From positions 23,064,001 to 23,128,000 of the forward strand of contig OX597828.1 of assembly GCA_951406725.2 (NCBI GenBank): a DNA stretch of 64,000 bases, read 5' to 3'. The position numbers were made by a program, and so were the translations under genes. The notes under the pieces were generated by a model, which was given only the letters and a program-made list of their open reading frames with translations, ran no database searches and was not told the origin of the DNA. Of this stretch, positions 1-14,126 are shown in pieces. This DNA is from Octopus vulgaris (lineage: Eukaryota). Position 1 is the stretch's first letter. Every line of letters begins with the position of its first letter.

Positions 1-448
1 ATGTGGATATATGTATGTATGTATATGCATTTATGTGTGTACGCACATATATACATATATATTTACACACTTATATATGTACATGTATGTGTGTGTGTAT
101 ATGTGTATATGTGCTAATGTTTATTTGAATTAGCTGTTAGTCGCGTTTAAAGAGGTTGACTTAGGATAAACTTAGGTTACAATACTAGCAAATAACTGTG
201 CAATATTTCCATTAAGAATTGGTTTCAAACCAGTGCAATGTTATAAACTCGAAATATATTAAATTTCAAATAGGATTATATAAAAGAGACAGCAAAGGAG
301 AAGCGTAATTTTTCTGAACTGACTACTCGTAGATACGGAGCACGTTCCTCCGTAGTTTAAGCAATGATGAGAAATATGTACATAGATACGTATACAAATT
401 ACAACACTTAAAAGAAATTTTCATCACTCCTCTCTAGATACTTGTGGG

Positions 449-515
449 TTTAAAAGAAATCATGAAACGCCACAATTCATGATTTCTTTAAAAGAAATCA
501 TGAATTGCGGCGTTT
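449..515. repeat. Near-perfect palindrome (25-bp arms) preceded by an 18-bp direct copy
   Basis: 465-489 AAACGCCACAATTCATGATTTCTTT is the reverse complement of 491-515 with 1 mismatch and a 1-nt spacer. TTTAAAAGAAATCATGAA occurs at 449-466 and 487-504. Confidence 0.9.
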
Positions 516-1485
516 ATATTCTTATAGTTGATATGTAAACATATTCCTTCTGAATATTCTAGCTTTTTCGTTCAAATCTATCAGGTATGAATTATTTCAT
601 TAGAAATCTTTTATGTTAATTAGAAATGAAAAAATAAAAGCATTGTGCTGGCTTTCTTTTCTCGTGCCTAACACACATATCCTTATAACATAATCCATAG
701 ACAATGTTATGCCTATTTTTTTACAGAAGCGATTGTTAAAGGACGTTTTTAGTATATTTATAATACCTTTTCTTTCTTTTATCTATAATTTCATAGTTTT
801 TTATACCGGTCATTATAATTTGTAGAAATTATTCCAGTCTTTTCGTCAGTAAATACAAATTTCGCCCCGTTTTTCGAGCAGCGTTAACAAATGAGAGTTC
901 ACTGTATGTCAAACATTTTTATAGTAAATTTATTACGTAAGAAAAGCATTAGGCCTGGCTTTTTAAATAATCATTTAAATAATCATTTAAGGATTGTCAA
1001 AGGGAATTTTACTAGAGCAGTAGGTTTCCCTTGATGTTGAAGATGATACCTATGTTTTCATGTAAAGAAACACAAACACGAGGGCGCACAAACTTACCCA
1101 AGCACACACACACACACTCACACACAAACACACACACACATGCCCACACACACACGTGTGTATATGTATATGCTTGTGCGCGTGTATATGTGTCAACATG
1201 TAGATATGTATACACCCACATTCACATAGGTACACACACACACACATACGCTTGTATATCCACACACACACTTGTATATGTTTTTATTGCTTGTGTACAT
1301 GCAACTACACACATATGCATACAAATACAGTAACGCTTATGTATATATATATATATATATACGGAACATAATTCCACTCACAAACACGTCTCACACTTCC
1401 ATACATGCATACTTACAAACACACTCATGCATCCCATACACGTACGCACACACACTGCTTCACACACTGCTCACACACAAACACA

Positions 1486-1486
<1 letters not shown>

Positions 1487-1575
<89 letters not shown>

Positions 1576-1581
1576 CATATG

Positions 1582-1659
<78 letters not shown>

Positions 1660-1688
1660 CGTATGTATGTATGTATGTATGTATGTAT
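1487..1688. repeat. (TA)n/(TATG)n microsatellite, representative of dozens of such tracts
   Basis: Direct reading. Similar tracts at about 1945-2080, 6190-6385, 44476-44600, 49830-50100, 50626-50725 and many others. Confidence 0.98.
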
Positions 1689-1944
1689 GGAAGGGCGATG
1701 CGTGTTTGTGAGTAGACTTACCTTCCGTATACGCTTATGTTCTTCATTTCCGTTGTCTGTGGTTGTCATATCATGTGCCCATCACTGCTGATTAAATACA
1801 CAATCTAGTAAGAGCATTCATTTGTAAATGATACAATTTCAATAATGTATACATGTGATAACCTGTGTACGACATTTGATATATGCTTACACGTTTATGA
1901 GTATGTGCATATATGTATGCGTTTGTGTCTGTATGAATATATTC

Positions 1945-2083
<139 letters not shown>

Positions 2084-2533
2084 TTGTGTGTGTGTCTGCT
2101 GTGTCTGTGTGTGTATGTGTGTGTTTGTGCATACATGCGTTTGTATGAATGCGTGTGACAGACTATCAATCATTCATAAATAATCGTAGTTTTCGTGGTA
2201 GAACGAGTCTTGGCTGTGTAGTTTATTTAAATATAAGTAATTTGGATAATCCTGCATTAATGCGTATCTGGCCAACTTCACAGACCCATCTAAAGGACTG
2301 CGTACACACTATCATTCACGATGTCCGCATACAAACGCACAGAGCAATACATGCGTGTATGTTGTGTATGTGCGTATAGACATATACATATATGTGCGTG
2401 TGCGTATGTTTATATGTGTTGTGTGTTTGTGTGTGCATACAGAACAGCAACATTTTAGTATTATTTTAAACGAAATATCTTCAATTATGCAGTGTCCTAT
2501 AAGACCTAGACGATTGACTAATTGAATATAGCT

Positions 2534-2855
<322 letters not shown>

Positions 2856-3943
2856 AATAATCTATCCATGCATGTATGTAAGTTACTATATGGGCTCTAT
2901 GAATAGTTGTGTTTACAGTCGTGGTGCAAGTTTTCAATAACTAATGTTGGATTATACAATATACTTGTAGTCGAATATTGTAAAATCTTAGCGTTGCCTT
3001 TCATGTTACAGACTGTTGAACGGAATAGCATAACGATATTGCATGGCAATATAAAATTAAAGTTTGCAAAACATCATTATATTTTAGGTCGTAGAAGATG
3101 AAGATGTGATTAGTAACCCAGAAATCGTTAGAAAAGCGTCATATGTTCCTTGCTTCAAGTGTCATTCGCAAATGTAGTGAGCTACTCAACTACTGAAATA
3201 CAAAAATTGATGACGTTTCTAAATCTTCAATAAAATATATATACGAAGCAGATGTCGGGTGGATACTGTCTATTGAAAACTAAGTTTTAATATCGATGAA
3301 TAAATAAATATTTTCATTGGAAACATTTCTTATCTGACGTGTACGAAGGAACATATATTTGTAATAACTACAATTGTTTCCGCGTAACGTGCTGCTCCAC
3401 GTTCATATATATATGGTAGTATAAACAATGACCCGCCAATTCCGTAGTTTTGTTCAGAGAAATAAATAGTAAGGTTGATTTAATTATTAAAGGCTGAGTT
3501 AATTCTACGGATGGTGTGATAATTTAACAATAATTTATTTTCATTAATTACAATGAATACACTTTTTACTGTCGATCTATGTGTGTGCGAACGCACGTGC
3601 TCGTGTCGCTGATCGTGTGTTTGTATGTTAGTATCTGTGAGTGTGAGAGAGCATTCAGATGCAATATTTATCTTCTGTTCTATGTAATGCTTATTGTTAT
3701 GTGCTGTATTGTAATGGTATAATAGACAAATTATGTATTGTGACGCTGCTTTAGTTGGGAAGCCGCCAACATATCTAAGCATGATATACATGCTACTCCA
3801 TTCCGGTAACCAGTAACGGACGCCATTTATATATGTTTGTGTGTGTATATACGTATATATATATGCACGCACATACACGCGCGCACACACACACATATGT
3901 GCATATACGTACTCCTGTGGACTAAACACCCATAATTTGTATA

Positions 3944-3977
<34 letters not shown>

Positions 3978-3990
3978 CGAACACACACAG

Positions 3991-4026
<36 letters not shown>

Positions 4027-4054
4027 TTAAATATTTATGTATAGGTAAATATCC

Positions 4055-4111
<57 letters not shown>

Positions 4112-4673
4112 TATATACACACACATCACACGCATATACATATATGTATGTAAATTAAATTATTCTGTATGCATATACCTATATACATACATACATACAC
4201 ACACACACAAATATATACATACATATATGTATGTGTGTTGTGCATGTGTGTATGTATATATGTATATACACACCTGCGCGAAATCACATGCGCACAATTA
4301 CACACACACATATATACACAGATAGATAGATAGATAGATAGATATCCAAATTGTTCGTTGGCCACATTGAGAGGAAATTTATTTAGCCAGTCGAATTAAA
4401 ACAGTGATTAATATATTATCACTTCCAGGATGCTTGCAATTATTGTTATCATTTCAATGGTACAATAGTTTAGTTCATATATATTTGATTAATGAACAAG
4501 CAAACGCGAAGGTACGAGTTTCACTGGCAAATAGTGGCCTCTTACTTTTAGTGTTGCTATTTGTGAATCCACTGATGATATGTGACAATGTCACAGAAAG
4601 GTTCAAGACTCTAATCGAGAAAAGAATAAGGAAATTAGAGAAGAAATCATTAGACTATATAGCATTTATTATT

Positions 4674-4932
4674 GGTGCAGGTGTGGCTGACGCGGTAAGA
4701 AGTTTGCTGCGTAACCGTATGGTTCCGATTTCAGTTCTATTGCGTATCACCTTTGGCTAGTGGTTTTTGCTATATCCTCGCGCGTCAAAAGCCTTACGAA
4801 TACATTTGGTTGAAATAAAGAAGAAGAAACCAGTCATATATACATACATACGTATATTTGTATTTGAAAGTTTGTGTGCCTTTGTGGCTGTGTTTATACC
4901 TCACAACGGCTTTATAAGCAGTGTTTTAGTGT
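4674..4932 (+). mobile_element. Decayed family B SINE (tRNA head, CORE-like segment, internal microsatellite)
   Basis: GGTGCAGGTGTGGCTG...GGTAAGAAGTTTGC...ATGGTTCCG aligns with the better copies at 31363-31771 and 33406-33766. Confidence 0.7.
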
Positions 4933-4960
4933 TGAAGCCCCAGTACATTAATGGTATATA

Positions 4961-5192
4961 AGGCGGCGAGCTGGCAGAAACGTTAGCACGCCGGGCGAAA
5001 TGCGTAGCCGTATTTCGTCTGCCGTTACGTTCTGAGTTCAAACTCCGCCGAGGTCGACTTTGCCTTCCATCCTTTCGAGGTCGATAAATTAAGTACCAGT
5101 TACGCACTGGGGTCGATGTAATCGACTTAATCCGTTTGTCTGTCCTTGTTTGTCCCCTCTGTGTTTAGCCCCTTGTGGGTAGTAAAGAAATA
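4961..5192 (+). mobile_element. Full-length family A tRNA-derived SINE (Nin/Deu-like central domain) with TSD
   Basis: A-box-like TGGCAGAAACG, B-box GAGTTCAAACTCC, central GCCTTCCATCCTTTCGAGGTCGATAAATTAAGTACCAG. Flanking direct repeat TACATTAATGG(T/C)AT at 4944-4957 and 5195-5208. Confidence 0.9.
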
Positions 5193-5367
5193 TATACATT
5201 AATGGCATGAAAATGGCTCTGTTTGAAATAAGTTTTGGCTTTCAATCATTCTAATTTCTTCGTTGCAAGTTCGGCACTATTTCTCCTGATTGCTCAGTAG
5301 AGCTTCACGAAATCAAAGCCTCTATGAGCAATTGAGCTGAGTGACTTGTAATATTTTCAGACAGTAA

Positions 5368-5582
5368 GGCGTTGAGCTGGCAGAAACGTTAGCGCACCCA
5401 GCGAAATGCTTAGCGGTATTTCGTCTGTCTTTTCGTTCTTAGTTCAAATTCAGCCGAGGTCAACTTCCCCATCCATCACATCCGAGCCGATAAATTAACT
5501 ACCAGTTTCGTACTGGAGTCGATCTAATCGACTGGCCCCTCCTCCAAAAAAATTGTCGGGCCTTGTACCTAGAATAGAAAAG
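5368..5582 (+). mobile_element. Family A SINE with an alternative tail and 18-bp TSD
   Basis: Homologous to 4961-5192. TSD AATATTTTCAGA(C/T)AGTAA at 5350-5367 and 5583-5600. Confidence 0.88.
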
Positions 5583-6198
5583 AATATTTTCAGATAGTAA
5601 AATGTATTTGAAAGTCAGTTAGCATCCATTTCTAGCTAGATATGATGCAACCATATAAAACTCTTTAATATTCAAATCTAGAAGCTAATGAAACCGTGGG
5701 TTATACTAGTTTTAACTTATCCAATCCATTCGTCATCGACTCAATAACTGGACGTAGATGCAGGATTATTGAGAAAATATATTACACATTCACTGATACT
5801 TTATTGCTTTTCATTAAATAATCAAGGGAGACAACAATTCATCTATTTCTAATATATGATGACCTCATCACAGAGGCATAATATATGCTGAATTACTTAC
5901 TCGTGATGAAAGGTATACGCGGCTTAATCACCAGGCGAGAACTGATAGTTTAAAGGTGTAATAAAGAAAGAAATCAACTGTTTTACAGCTTCGATGAGCA
6001 TTCTCCTCCCCCGTAAACATACTTTTTAAATACATTCATATATACTTATACACATTCACACATACATTCATCGATAAACACACACACATAATATTATATA
6101 TATATACACATACATACATACATATATATGTACGTATCGGTCTATTATATCATATATCATTTAAGAATGTAACTATGTATATATTATGTATATATATA

Positions 6199-6252
<54 letters not shown>

Positions 6253-6301
6253 CATACATACATATACATGTATATACGTGTGTATGTATATATGAGTGCG
6301 C

Positions 6302-6388
<87 letters not shown>

Positions 6389-6636
6389 TGTATATGGACG
6401 CATGTATATACCAATATATATATATGACTTCCAGTGTGTAAACAAGAAGACGAAAGCCTGTAGTTTCAGCGTTAAGTTATTGAATCTGAAAGCTTCGCAT
6501 CTTTTATGGATCTTCCAACTCCGTGTCATTAAACTAAACTTCCATATATACACCCAAAAGATGAAAAATACACATACCAATAGTAACACACACCCACACA
6601 CACACAGATACACACACACATATATATATACATACA

Positions 6637-6683
<47 letters not shown>

Positions 6684-7432
6684 CCATGTATATTTACTTC
6701 GTTACTTGTAAAGCGCAGAGGCGCAGCAAAAGTGGTGATTCCAATTACGGGTGTCATCCAACCGTAAATATATGAGATTGTACTGCATGCTACTTGGTCA
6801 CTTCATTAGCAGTGACAGTTGCATGTTTCACCTCAGTGGACACAGTATCATTTGCTTCACCTCACTCTACATGCTTTGAAGAAACCCAGCTGCATCGCAG
6901 TAAGATAAACAGAGCCAACATTAAATTGATATCTACCTAATTAGAAAAGACCAGTTCACACAATGCAGCGTATTATGGTGACCAGAGAGCAATATAGTTT
7001 GACCGATATATATGTGTATATCCAGGTGTATGTATGTATGTAAGTATGTATGTATTTGTGTATGTAGCTTTATTACTAGATTTTTGCGCTAATGGATAAA
7101 TAGCCAAGTTCTAAACAACATACAATGCTCCTTTATTGGAATTACCACATCAACAGGTTCTTGTACGTATAAACTTAGAAATATGTGTGTGTTTGTGTGT
7201 TTCTGGTGTGTGAGTGTGTGTATGTGTAAGCATTTATGTATTTAGGAATGAATGTATATATTTTTTTGAAATTTCTCACCGATGACGAAAGAGCCGTTTT
7301 CTAGAGATCAAAGCTTCTTCACTGGAATGTAACATCAACGTCCAGTTGTGTGTATGTGTGGATATGTGCAAGAATTTGGGGTCAGTGCATGCGTAGATCC
7401 TGATGTTTTGTGTACTCATATATATACATATA

Positions 7433-7502
<70 letters not shown>

Positions 7503-8023
7503 CTTTCATGTATGCTTTCATGTTTGTGAGTGTGTGTGTGCCTATGTGTGTTCGCACTTCTGTGTGTACGCCTGTATGTGTGTGTGTGTATGTGTGTGCG
7601 TGCGTGTGCCTGAATGTAAAGAGACAGGCAGTTAAATAGAATGTTAAGTCGATGTGTGCACTCACTATTCGACTCTGAAACCCATGCTTTCCTTCAAACA
7701 GGCACTCTCTCATCTGCATAACGTCGAAATTTCCTCACATGCAACCCTTCCTCTCACTCATTCCCGGGTTACTTATTCATTACTCCATTTGCTCATGCAC
7801 TGAAACCTTCAGTTTCACATCACTCATAGCTTCACTAACTGTATCACACACTAACTCAATTCCTCTTTGACTCACACACTCAAGCACTCTCTCACACTCT
7901 CATTTACCCTATCACTCATTGTGTTCTTTCTTCAATCACTTTAGTCTTACTCATTCAATTTTTCTTTTATCGATCTCTTTCAGAACAAACTTCTTTAACT
8001 GGGGACAGAGAATCTCTATAAGG

Positions 8024-8283
8024 CAGTGGTTCTCAACCAAATTTTGCCTATGGGCTCCGTTAATCCTGTTCCATTCTACTAGGGCCTCAATAATCATTAT
8101 ATGTTTAAAAACTTGTATCATATTTTTTTTTATAATTAAATATTAGTAAGGAATGTATAAAAGAAATTTTCAAAAATATTTTGTGGAATGTTGAAGTATA
8201 ACCAATTACTTTCAAGTAAATTTTAACAACAAAACCTCATGTTGACCTCAAGACGCCATAAGGACCACGATCGAGAGCCTCTG
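8024..8283. mobile_element. hAT (Charlie-like) MITE remnant
   Basis: Starts CAGTGGTTCTCAACC, a typical hAT/Charlie terminus, and ends with a degenerate inverted copy GATCGAGAGCCTCTG. No clean TSD. Confidence 0.6.
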
Positions 8284-8447
8284 ACGTAATAGCTTGACAT
8301 CTGCAAAACTGCAACCGAGTAACACTTAGCTGTCCACCCTACTACATTAGAAAGTAACACGTCTGGTAATATGATTTCGGGCGTCGTGCTCATAAGGAGA
8401 GCAACCAATAACAAATGAAACGCCTTTGATCATGGGCGTGCTCAACC

Positions 8448-8703
8448 GTATCATAAAAACTGTTCGAAAACAAATATTCGAAAGCAATTATTCGAAAAAC
8501 AGTTATTCGAAATAAATATCATTTGTGTACTTGAGTTTTAATTGTATCACTTTTTTAAAAATAAAAATAAAAATTAGAATAATTAACATTTCGTATAATT
8601 GTACGTTTGAAAATATTTTCATTCGTGCAATTATCCATTCGAATAAATGTGTTTCGATTAATCCTTTTCGAAAAGTTATTTTCGAACAATGTTCACATAA
8701 TCC
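8448..8703. mobile_element. MITE with long imperfect TIRs built from ~15-bp TTCGAA units and an 8-bp TSD (Merlin-like, tentative)
   Basis: Left and right ~65 bp are inverted copies with periodic TTCGAA. TSD GCTCAACC (8440-8447) and GCTCAACG (8704-8711). Confidence 0.72.
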
Positions 8704-9260
8704 GCTCAACGATAGATGACCTCGGATTAAACACAACCTCTTTTATTTGGAACATTGGCAGGGAATATTTACTATGTGGTCCTTCTGCATTACAAAAAAT
8801 AGTAACAAAATCTGCTTCTTCTATTCACATCTTGTCTTCTTAGAAGAAACATAGCATATTTATTACCATCGGTGATAGTCAGTCTGGGACTTCCTTTGAT
8901 CGTAGATTTAATCGACCAAGGTAGACTTTAGATGAAATAACTATAAGAGTATCTTGTATAGCGCTATTTAAGTATGTCAATCAATACTAAGCTCCCTTAG
9001 TGACTTTCCCTTCATGCCCTTCCCCTACTATTGTAATGGTAAGTGATATTACCATTCCTCATTCTTCTGCTTCACACCCTCTTTAGTGCCCATCATATTG
9101 CTCTTAATACAATTAAACCATTGAACAGACCACATTCACCTAGTTTCTCTTCATCTTTTCCTTCTATTTTTATTTCCAGCACATTCATGCATGATCTCCC
9201 CTCTACATTATCTACGCCGTACATCTCTCTCTAAATATGTTGTTGTCCTCGTATTTCAAA

Positions 9261-9468
9261 CAGCGAACTGGCAACATGGTTATCACAGCACACAGAATGC
9301 ATTACAGGTATTTCGTACGTCCTTATGTCGTAAGTTCAAACGCTGAAGAAGCTAACTTTGGCCTTCATGATTTCAGGGTTCGATAAAATAAGTACCAGTT
9401 GAATACTGACGTGGATGTAATCGACTTCCCCACCTTTCATATTTGCTGGTTATCGTGTCAAAATAATT
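9261..9468 (+). mobile_element. Decayed family A SINE
   Basis: AAGTTCAAA B-box; CGATAAAATAAGTACCAGTT...GATGTAATCGACTT. Confidence 0.75.
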
Positions 9469-9612
9469 ATTTCCTAACATAAAGGTCTCTCTCTTTCTCT
9501 CTGTCTGTCTGTCTGTCTCTCTCTGTCTGTCTGTCTCCTTCTCCGTTGCTGGTTTTCACTTTATCTGTTCTTGCTTTTTTCCAGTCGTCTTGATCTATTT
9601 GCCGATCAGTCA

Positions 9613-9708
<96 letters not shown>

Positions 9709-9753
9709 GTCTGTCAATCTATCTGTATGTCTATCTATCTATCTATGTATCTA

Positions 9754-9860
<107 letters not shown>

Positions 9861-10504
9861 ATCTATCTTTCTATCTATCTTAGTCTCTCCGCTATACATC
9901 TCAACTCTCCCGTACAAACTGCCAATCATCAATCACCAATATTCAAACACCAATAACGAAACAACGAACTACGAACATCACAACACCACCTTCACCAGCA
10001 CGGCCACCAACACCACCTTCACCAATTTCCCCCCCACCACCACTACCACCAACAACAACAACAGCAACGACAACATGAACAACCACGACATACTACCGTA
10101 TCTTCTCCCCCGTCTCATTTCTCTTAGACAATAACTATAAATAACTGAAGGAGAAACACGCCTCCGTACCGAGATAAAGTTCTTTTCTGCAAGTTTCTAT
10201 ATTCTAATAATCTAAAGGTTAAATGGTGCGTGAAATGTTCCAATTGTTTTTACAGACTTGTCGGTATCTCTGAAATACAGGCTAAGAAACTTACGGAATT
10301 GGGTAACAAGTGGACTATCTGCTTTCACTGAACAAATTAACTATTTTGTTTACATATATGTGTATGCGTGTGTGTGTGAGAGAGGTGTGTGTGTGTGTAT
10401 GCATACGCACATTATATACATATACATATAGGTATATTACATATATCTATATACATACATATATATTATATGTATGTATGTATGTATGTGTATGTATAAG
10501 TGTA

Positions 10505-10548
<44 letters not shown>

Positions 10549-11864
10549 TATGCACTGAATGATACATACATACATAGGCACAGTTACACACACGGACACA
10601 TATATGTATGTATTTATATTTATCTGTGTGTGTGTGAGTGTTTGTGTCTATTATATATATATGTGTGTGTGTGTATGTATGTATATATGTGTGTGTGTGT
10701 GCATATGTGCTGGTCAGTACGTGCATCTATTTCTTTGTGTGTCAAAATGTTTTTAAAATGTACGTCTCTCTCTATATGCCTGTGTAACCGTAATTGTCTG
10801 TAGGCCAGCATATAATCCTATATGTCTGTATAAATATGATGCTCCAACGTGGCCTTTGCACCTGATTGTTAAAAGAAACTAAAGAAAATATAATCACATC
10901 TTAACTTTCTAAAGAAATTATTTTCTTCGCGCTGAAAGTACTCAATGACAACCTAAATATTAAAGGGAGTCAGTCGTAAGGAATATGAATGAACTAAAAC
11001 ACCAAGGATCCATTTTAGATTAGACATTCAAAGTAGAGACGTTTTTACTTACATCATCGTATTTCTTTTACGACTAACAACTTTGTTTCTTCTCCTCCCG
11101 CTTCAGTATAGATAAAGGCATTCTCACAGTATATCATGCTATACATATCAGTCAATCTCACGTAGGATTTTGATTGAAAAAAAAAAAAGCGGGAAAAATG
11201 CATCGCCATTTATGCGATTATATCTCTCGGTGTTAATACCGCGGAAATCATAAAAAGTGAAGGAAAACAACCGAACAGAAAGATCGAGATCGTATTAGTA
11301 GGACATATCTAATATAAATTATATGAATCTCTACACTCGCATTTTGCATTGAGTTCGGTTTATCAATGTAGTGTATTTCGCTTGGAGTTATATGTCCATA
11401 TTATTCATTCGTTGGCGCGCGTGTGCATGTTCACGTGTGTATAACTTCAATAGCTCATTAGCTCTCACGAACGAGTGAAACATGCTCAATACTACTGGAT
11501 TATACAATAATTTATCGAAAAACAGAATAATTTATTTATGGACTTTCTTCCATGGTTTTCCTCGTTTATCAGACTGTTGTGGTTAAATTCACACTACTGT
11601 GACGACGGTGTCGTAGCACACAGAAATTGTTGAAAATGCAAGTCGTTGTGTGTATAGACCTTTAGTAGAAAACATCGAGTGACGCGGAGAGAGGCTAGCA
11701 ATTCGACTGGTTGTTACCCGGACATAAAGTATATAGTGGATGACCACAGCTAAAATCTTTTTCATATACTCATGATTATCTTTTTTCATGCATTAGAATA
11801 TGTGTGATGATTCATAAGAAATCAAAACGACTACGATGTATTTATTCTTTTAATATTAATGGTG

Positions 11865-12045
11865 AAGGTAGGTCAGCGAGCTAGGAGAATCTTTACTCCG
11901 CTGGACAGAATCCTTAGAGGGGTAGATTCTGGCTTTCATCTTTCCTGGGTCGATAAAATAAGTATCAGTTATGCAAAGAGGGGTCGATGTAATCGACTTG
12001 CAACGGTACCCGAAACTGATGTCCTTGTGCTAAAATTTAAATGTA
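11865..12045 (+). mobile_element. Decayed family A SINE
   Basis: GGCTTTCATCTTTCCTGGGTCGATAAAATAAGTATCAGTT...GGGGTCGATGTAATCGACTT. Confidence 0.75.
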
Positions 12046-12639
12046 ATATTAACGGTAAATGTGAGTTGAGACAGAACTTTCTTCAGCTTGGCGAATAGAG
12101 ATTAAAGTCTGAGATTTTACAAGCAATTCAAGAATTACTTGAATGATGAGTAGAATAATTACTATAGCAATTATGTATCGTAATTATTTATTTGACCCTT
12201 CAGGTAGGAAGTGCAAATAGCAGAGTATGCACGAGGATTATAAATTAGAAATCACAAAACAGCCGTTTCACTTTGAGCGTGAATAACAACGCATTCAGGC
12301 CAATGTTTTTCAATTTTATAGTTCCATATTATCTCTCGCATATACAAAACCTTCAAGGTTTAGAAAATAATTCCATGTATAAGATAGAGGTGACGTAAAA
12401 AGCACACTGTTCGCCCTCAAAATGCTCTACCGCCTTTAAAACTGACTGTCAAATATGAAGACAGATTTGGTCTTGCTCTTCTATATTTTCTTAAGACGAG
12501 GTGGAAGCGGTTGGTATGGTTTTGATCATAGATGTGTTTGGTCAATGGTGGCTCTGAATACGAATAATATTATCTGTAACAACGAGAACAAAATGATCAT
12601 CAGTAAACTGAAGAAAAGAAAAAAAAAATGCTGTATATA

Positions 12640-12760
12640 TAAAAAAGTTATTATCAACCCGGAACATCCGTTCCAACGGAGATTGATAGAGGAAGCAAGA
12701 CAAATAACAAACATTAATTCGGCGAACAATTGCTCTATACAACGCTTCTTTTGAGACACG
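12640..12760 (+). pseudogene. Possible remnant of a Penelope GIY-YIG endonuclease C-terminus
   Basis: Translation KVIINPEHPFQRRLIEEARQI resembles the xIIxxExxxxRRxxxEAxxI motif of PLE endonucleases. Short match, by eye only. Confidence 0.3.
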
Positions 12761-12837
12761 AACACACAAACTGCCATAGTTAACCTCTTCAACTCTTCTA
12801 CCAATAGGCTCAATGTGTTGAAAGAAACTTCATTGTT

Positions 12838-12842
12838 GTTGC

Positions 12843-12874
<32 letters not shown>

Positions 12875-12935
12875 TGGTCGTCATCTTTTCATAGTCATCG
12901 TTGTCTAAGTCGTCGTCATCGTCGTTGACCTTATT
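12838..12935. repeat. (GCC)n/(GTC)n trinucleotide low-complexity tract
   Basis: GCCGCCGCCGCCTCCGCCGCC... followed by GTCGTC/GTCATC units. Confidence 0.9.
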
Positions 12936-13610
12936 GATATTGTTGTGGCAGCTGCGTTGGTGGTGTTCGTAGAGGCAGTAGAGACGTTACATTTTCTTAG
13001 AATACGTTTCTTTCACGTTATAGGTGACGTCGTTGGCTTTTAATAGCGTGAAAACACTCTTAAGGAATGATCCACTTAGGAGGGGGTGTTTTTTTCTGTA
13101 AATCATCCTTATATCTTTTTCGCCTTTACTTTTGTGTATTTCTTTCTTTCTTTCTTGCATTCTTTGAAATACACCGACATTTATTCGTTCGTTCTATTCA
13201 ACATATCGTAATTCATATTCAGTGACAATTGGTTTATTGTAGCAAAGAACTGCGTGACACGTATCTAGTTGGTTACTGTCCCACATATCAATTTGGCCAG
13301 GCGATCCTGTGTGTTTTTATCTACCTAGTTTAGCAATTTTATGAAAATATTGTTTCTTCTTTTATTCCCTTACGTGCTTCAGTCATTGAAGCGTCGATCA
13401 TATCGATGCTAGTAACTATCTTTAACCTGTTGTCTATTTTATCAGCAACTCTGTCGAACTGCGCGCGCATACGTACAAACGTACACACATACATATGGAC
13501 ATACGTAGATAGACAGACTAAGAGATCGTTCAATCGCTCGCTAGATCGATTGATAGATAGATAGATGGATAGATCGATTGATCGATAGATAGATAGATAG
13601 ATAGACAGAC

Positions 13611-13682
<72 letters not shown>

Positions 13683-13703
13683 GGATAGATAGATAGATAG
13701 ATG

Positions 13704-13860
13704 CAGGGCTTCCACAAAAGTACCGACTGCTAAATTCACTCACGAAGCATAAATCAACCTAATGCTATTGTGGATGGATGACATTTTACTAATGTGCCGA
13801 GCGTGAGAATGGAAACCGAATGCTCACGCATTGAACCGAATCCCTTAACCAGACATCCAT
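13704..13860 (-). mobile_element. Decayed 5' half of a family B SINE
   Basis: Aligns with ...CCGTCTACCAAATCCACTCACAAGGC... of the 31363-31771 copy. Confidence 0.55.
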
Positions 13861-14126
13861 ATCATATTAGATGTTTTGTAGTTTGATTGAAGAATTAACA
13901 TAAATCAAGTTTCCTGCTTTAAACATTCAAGGCATTTCTAGCCAGTACTATCAATTCCTCGTGGCATTTAGATTACGAACTAGTTCCAGCATTGTCAGCC
14001 TCCATTAGCTTGCAAGAACAGCTGAACATATCCCGCCAAATTATTTAACACCGGCAAAATTTCGTAAAGAAAAAAATGTGTTTTAGTTTGCTTATAGTGA
14101 TTTGGTTGTATTTTACGTGCAACCCA

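Noticed and set aside
8448-8703. TTCGAA arrays as heat-shock elements
   Set aside because: HSEs need nGAAn units spaced as TTCnnGAA. Here TTC and GAA are adjacent, and the TIR/TSD structure explains the array.
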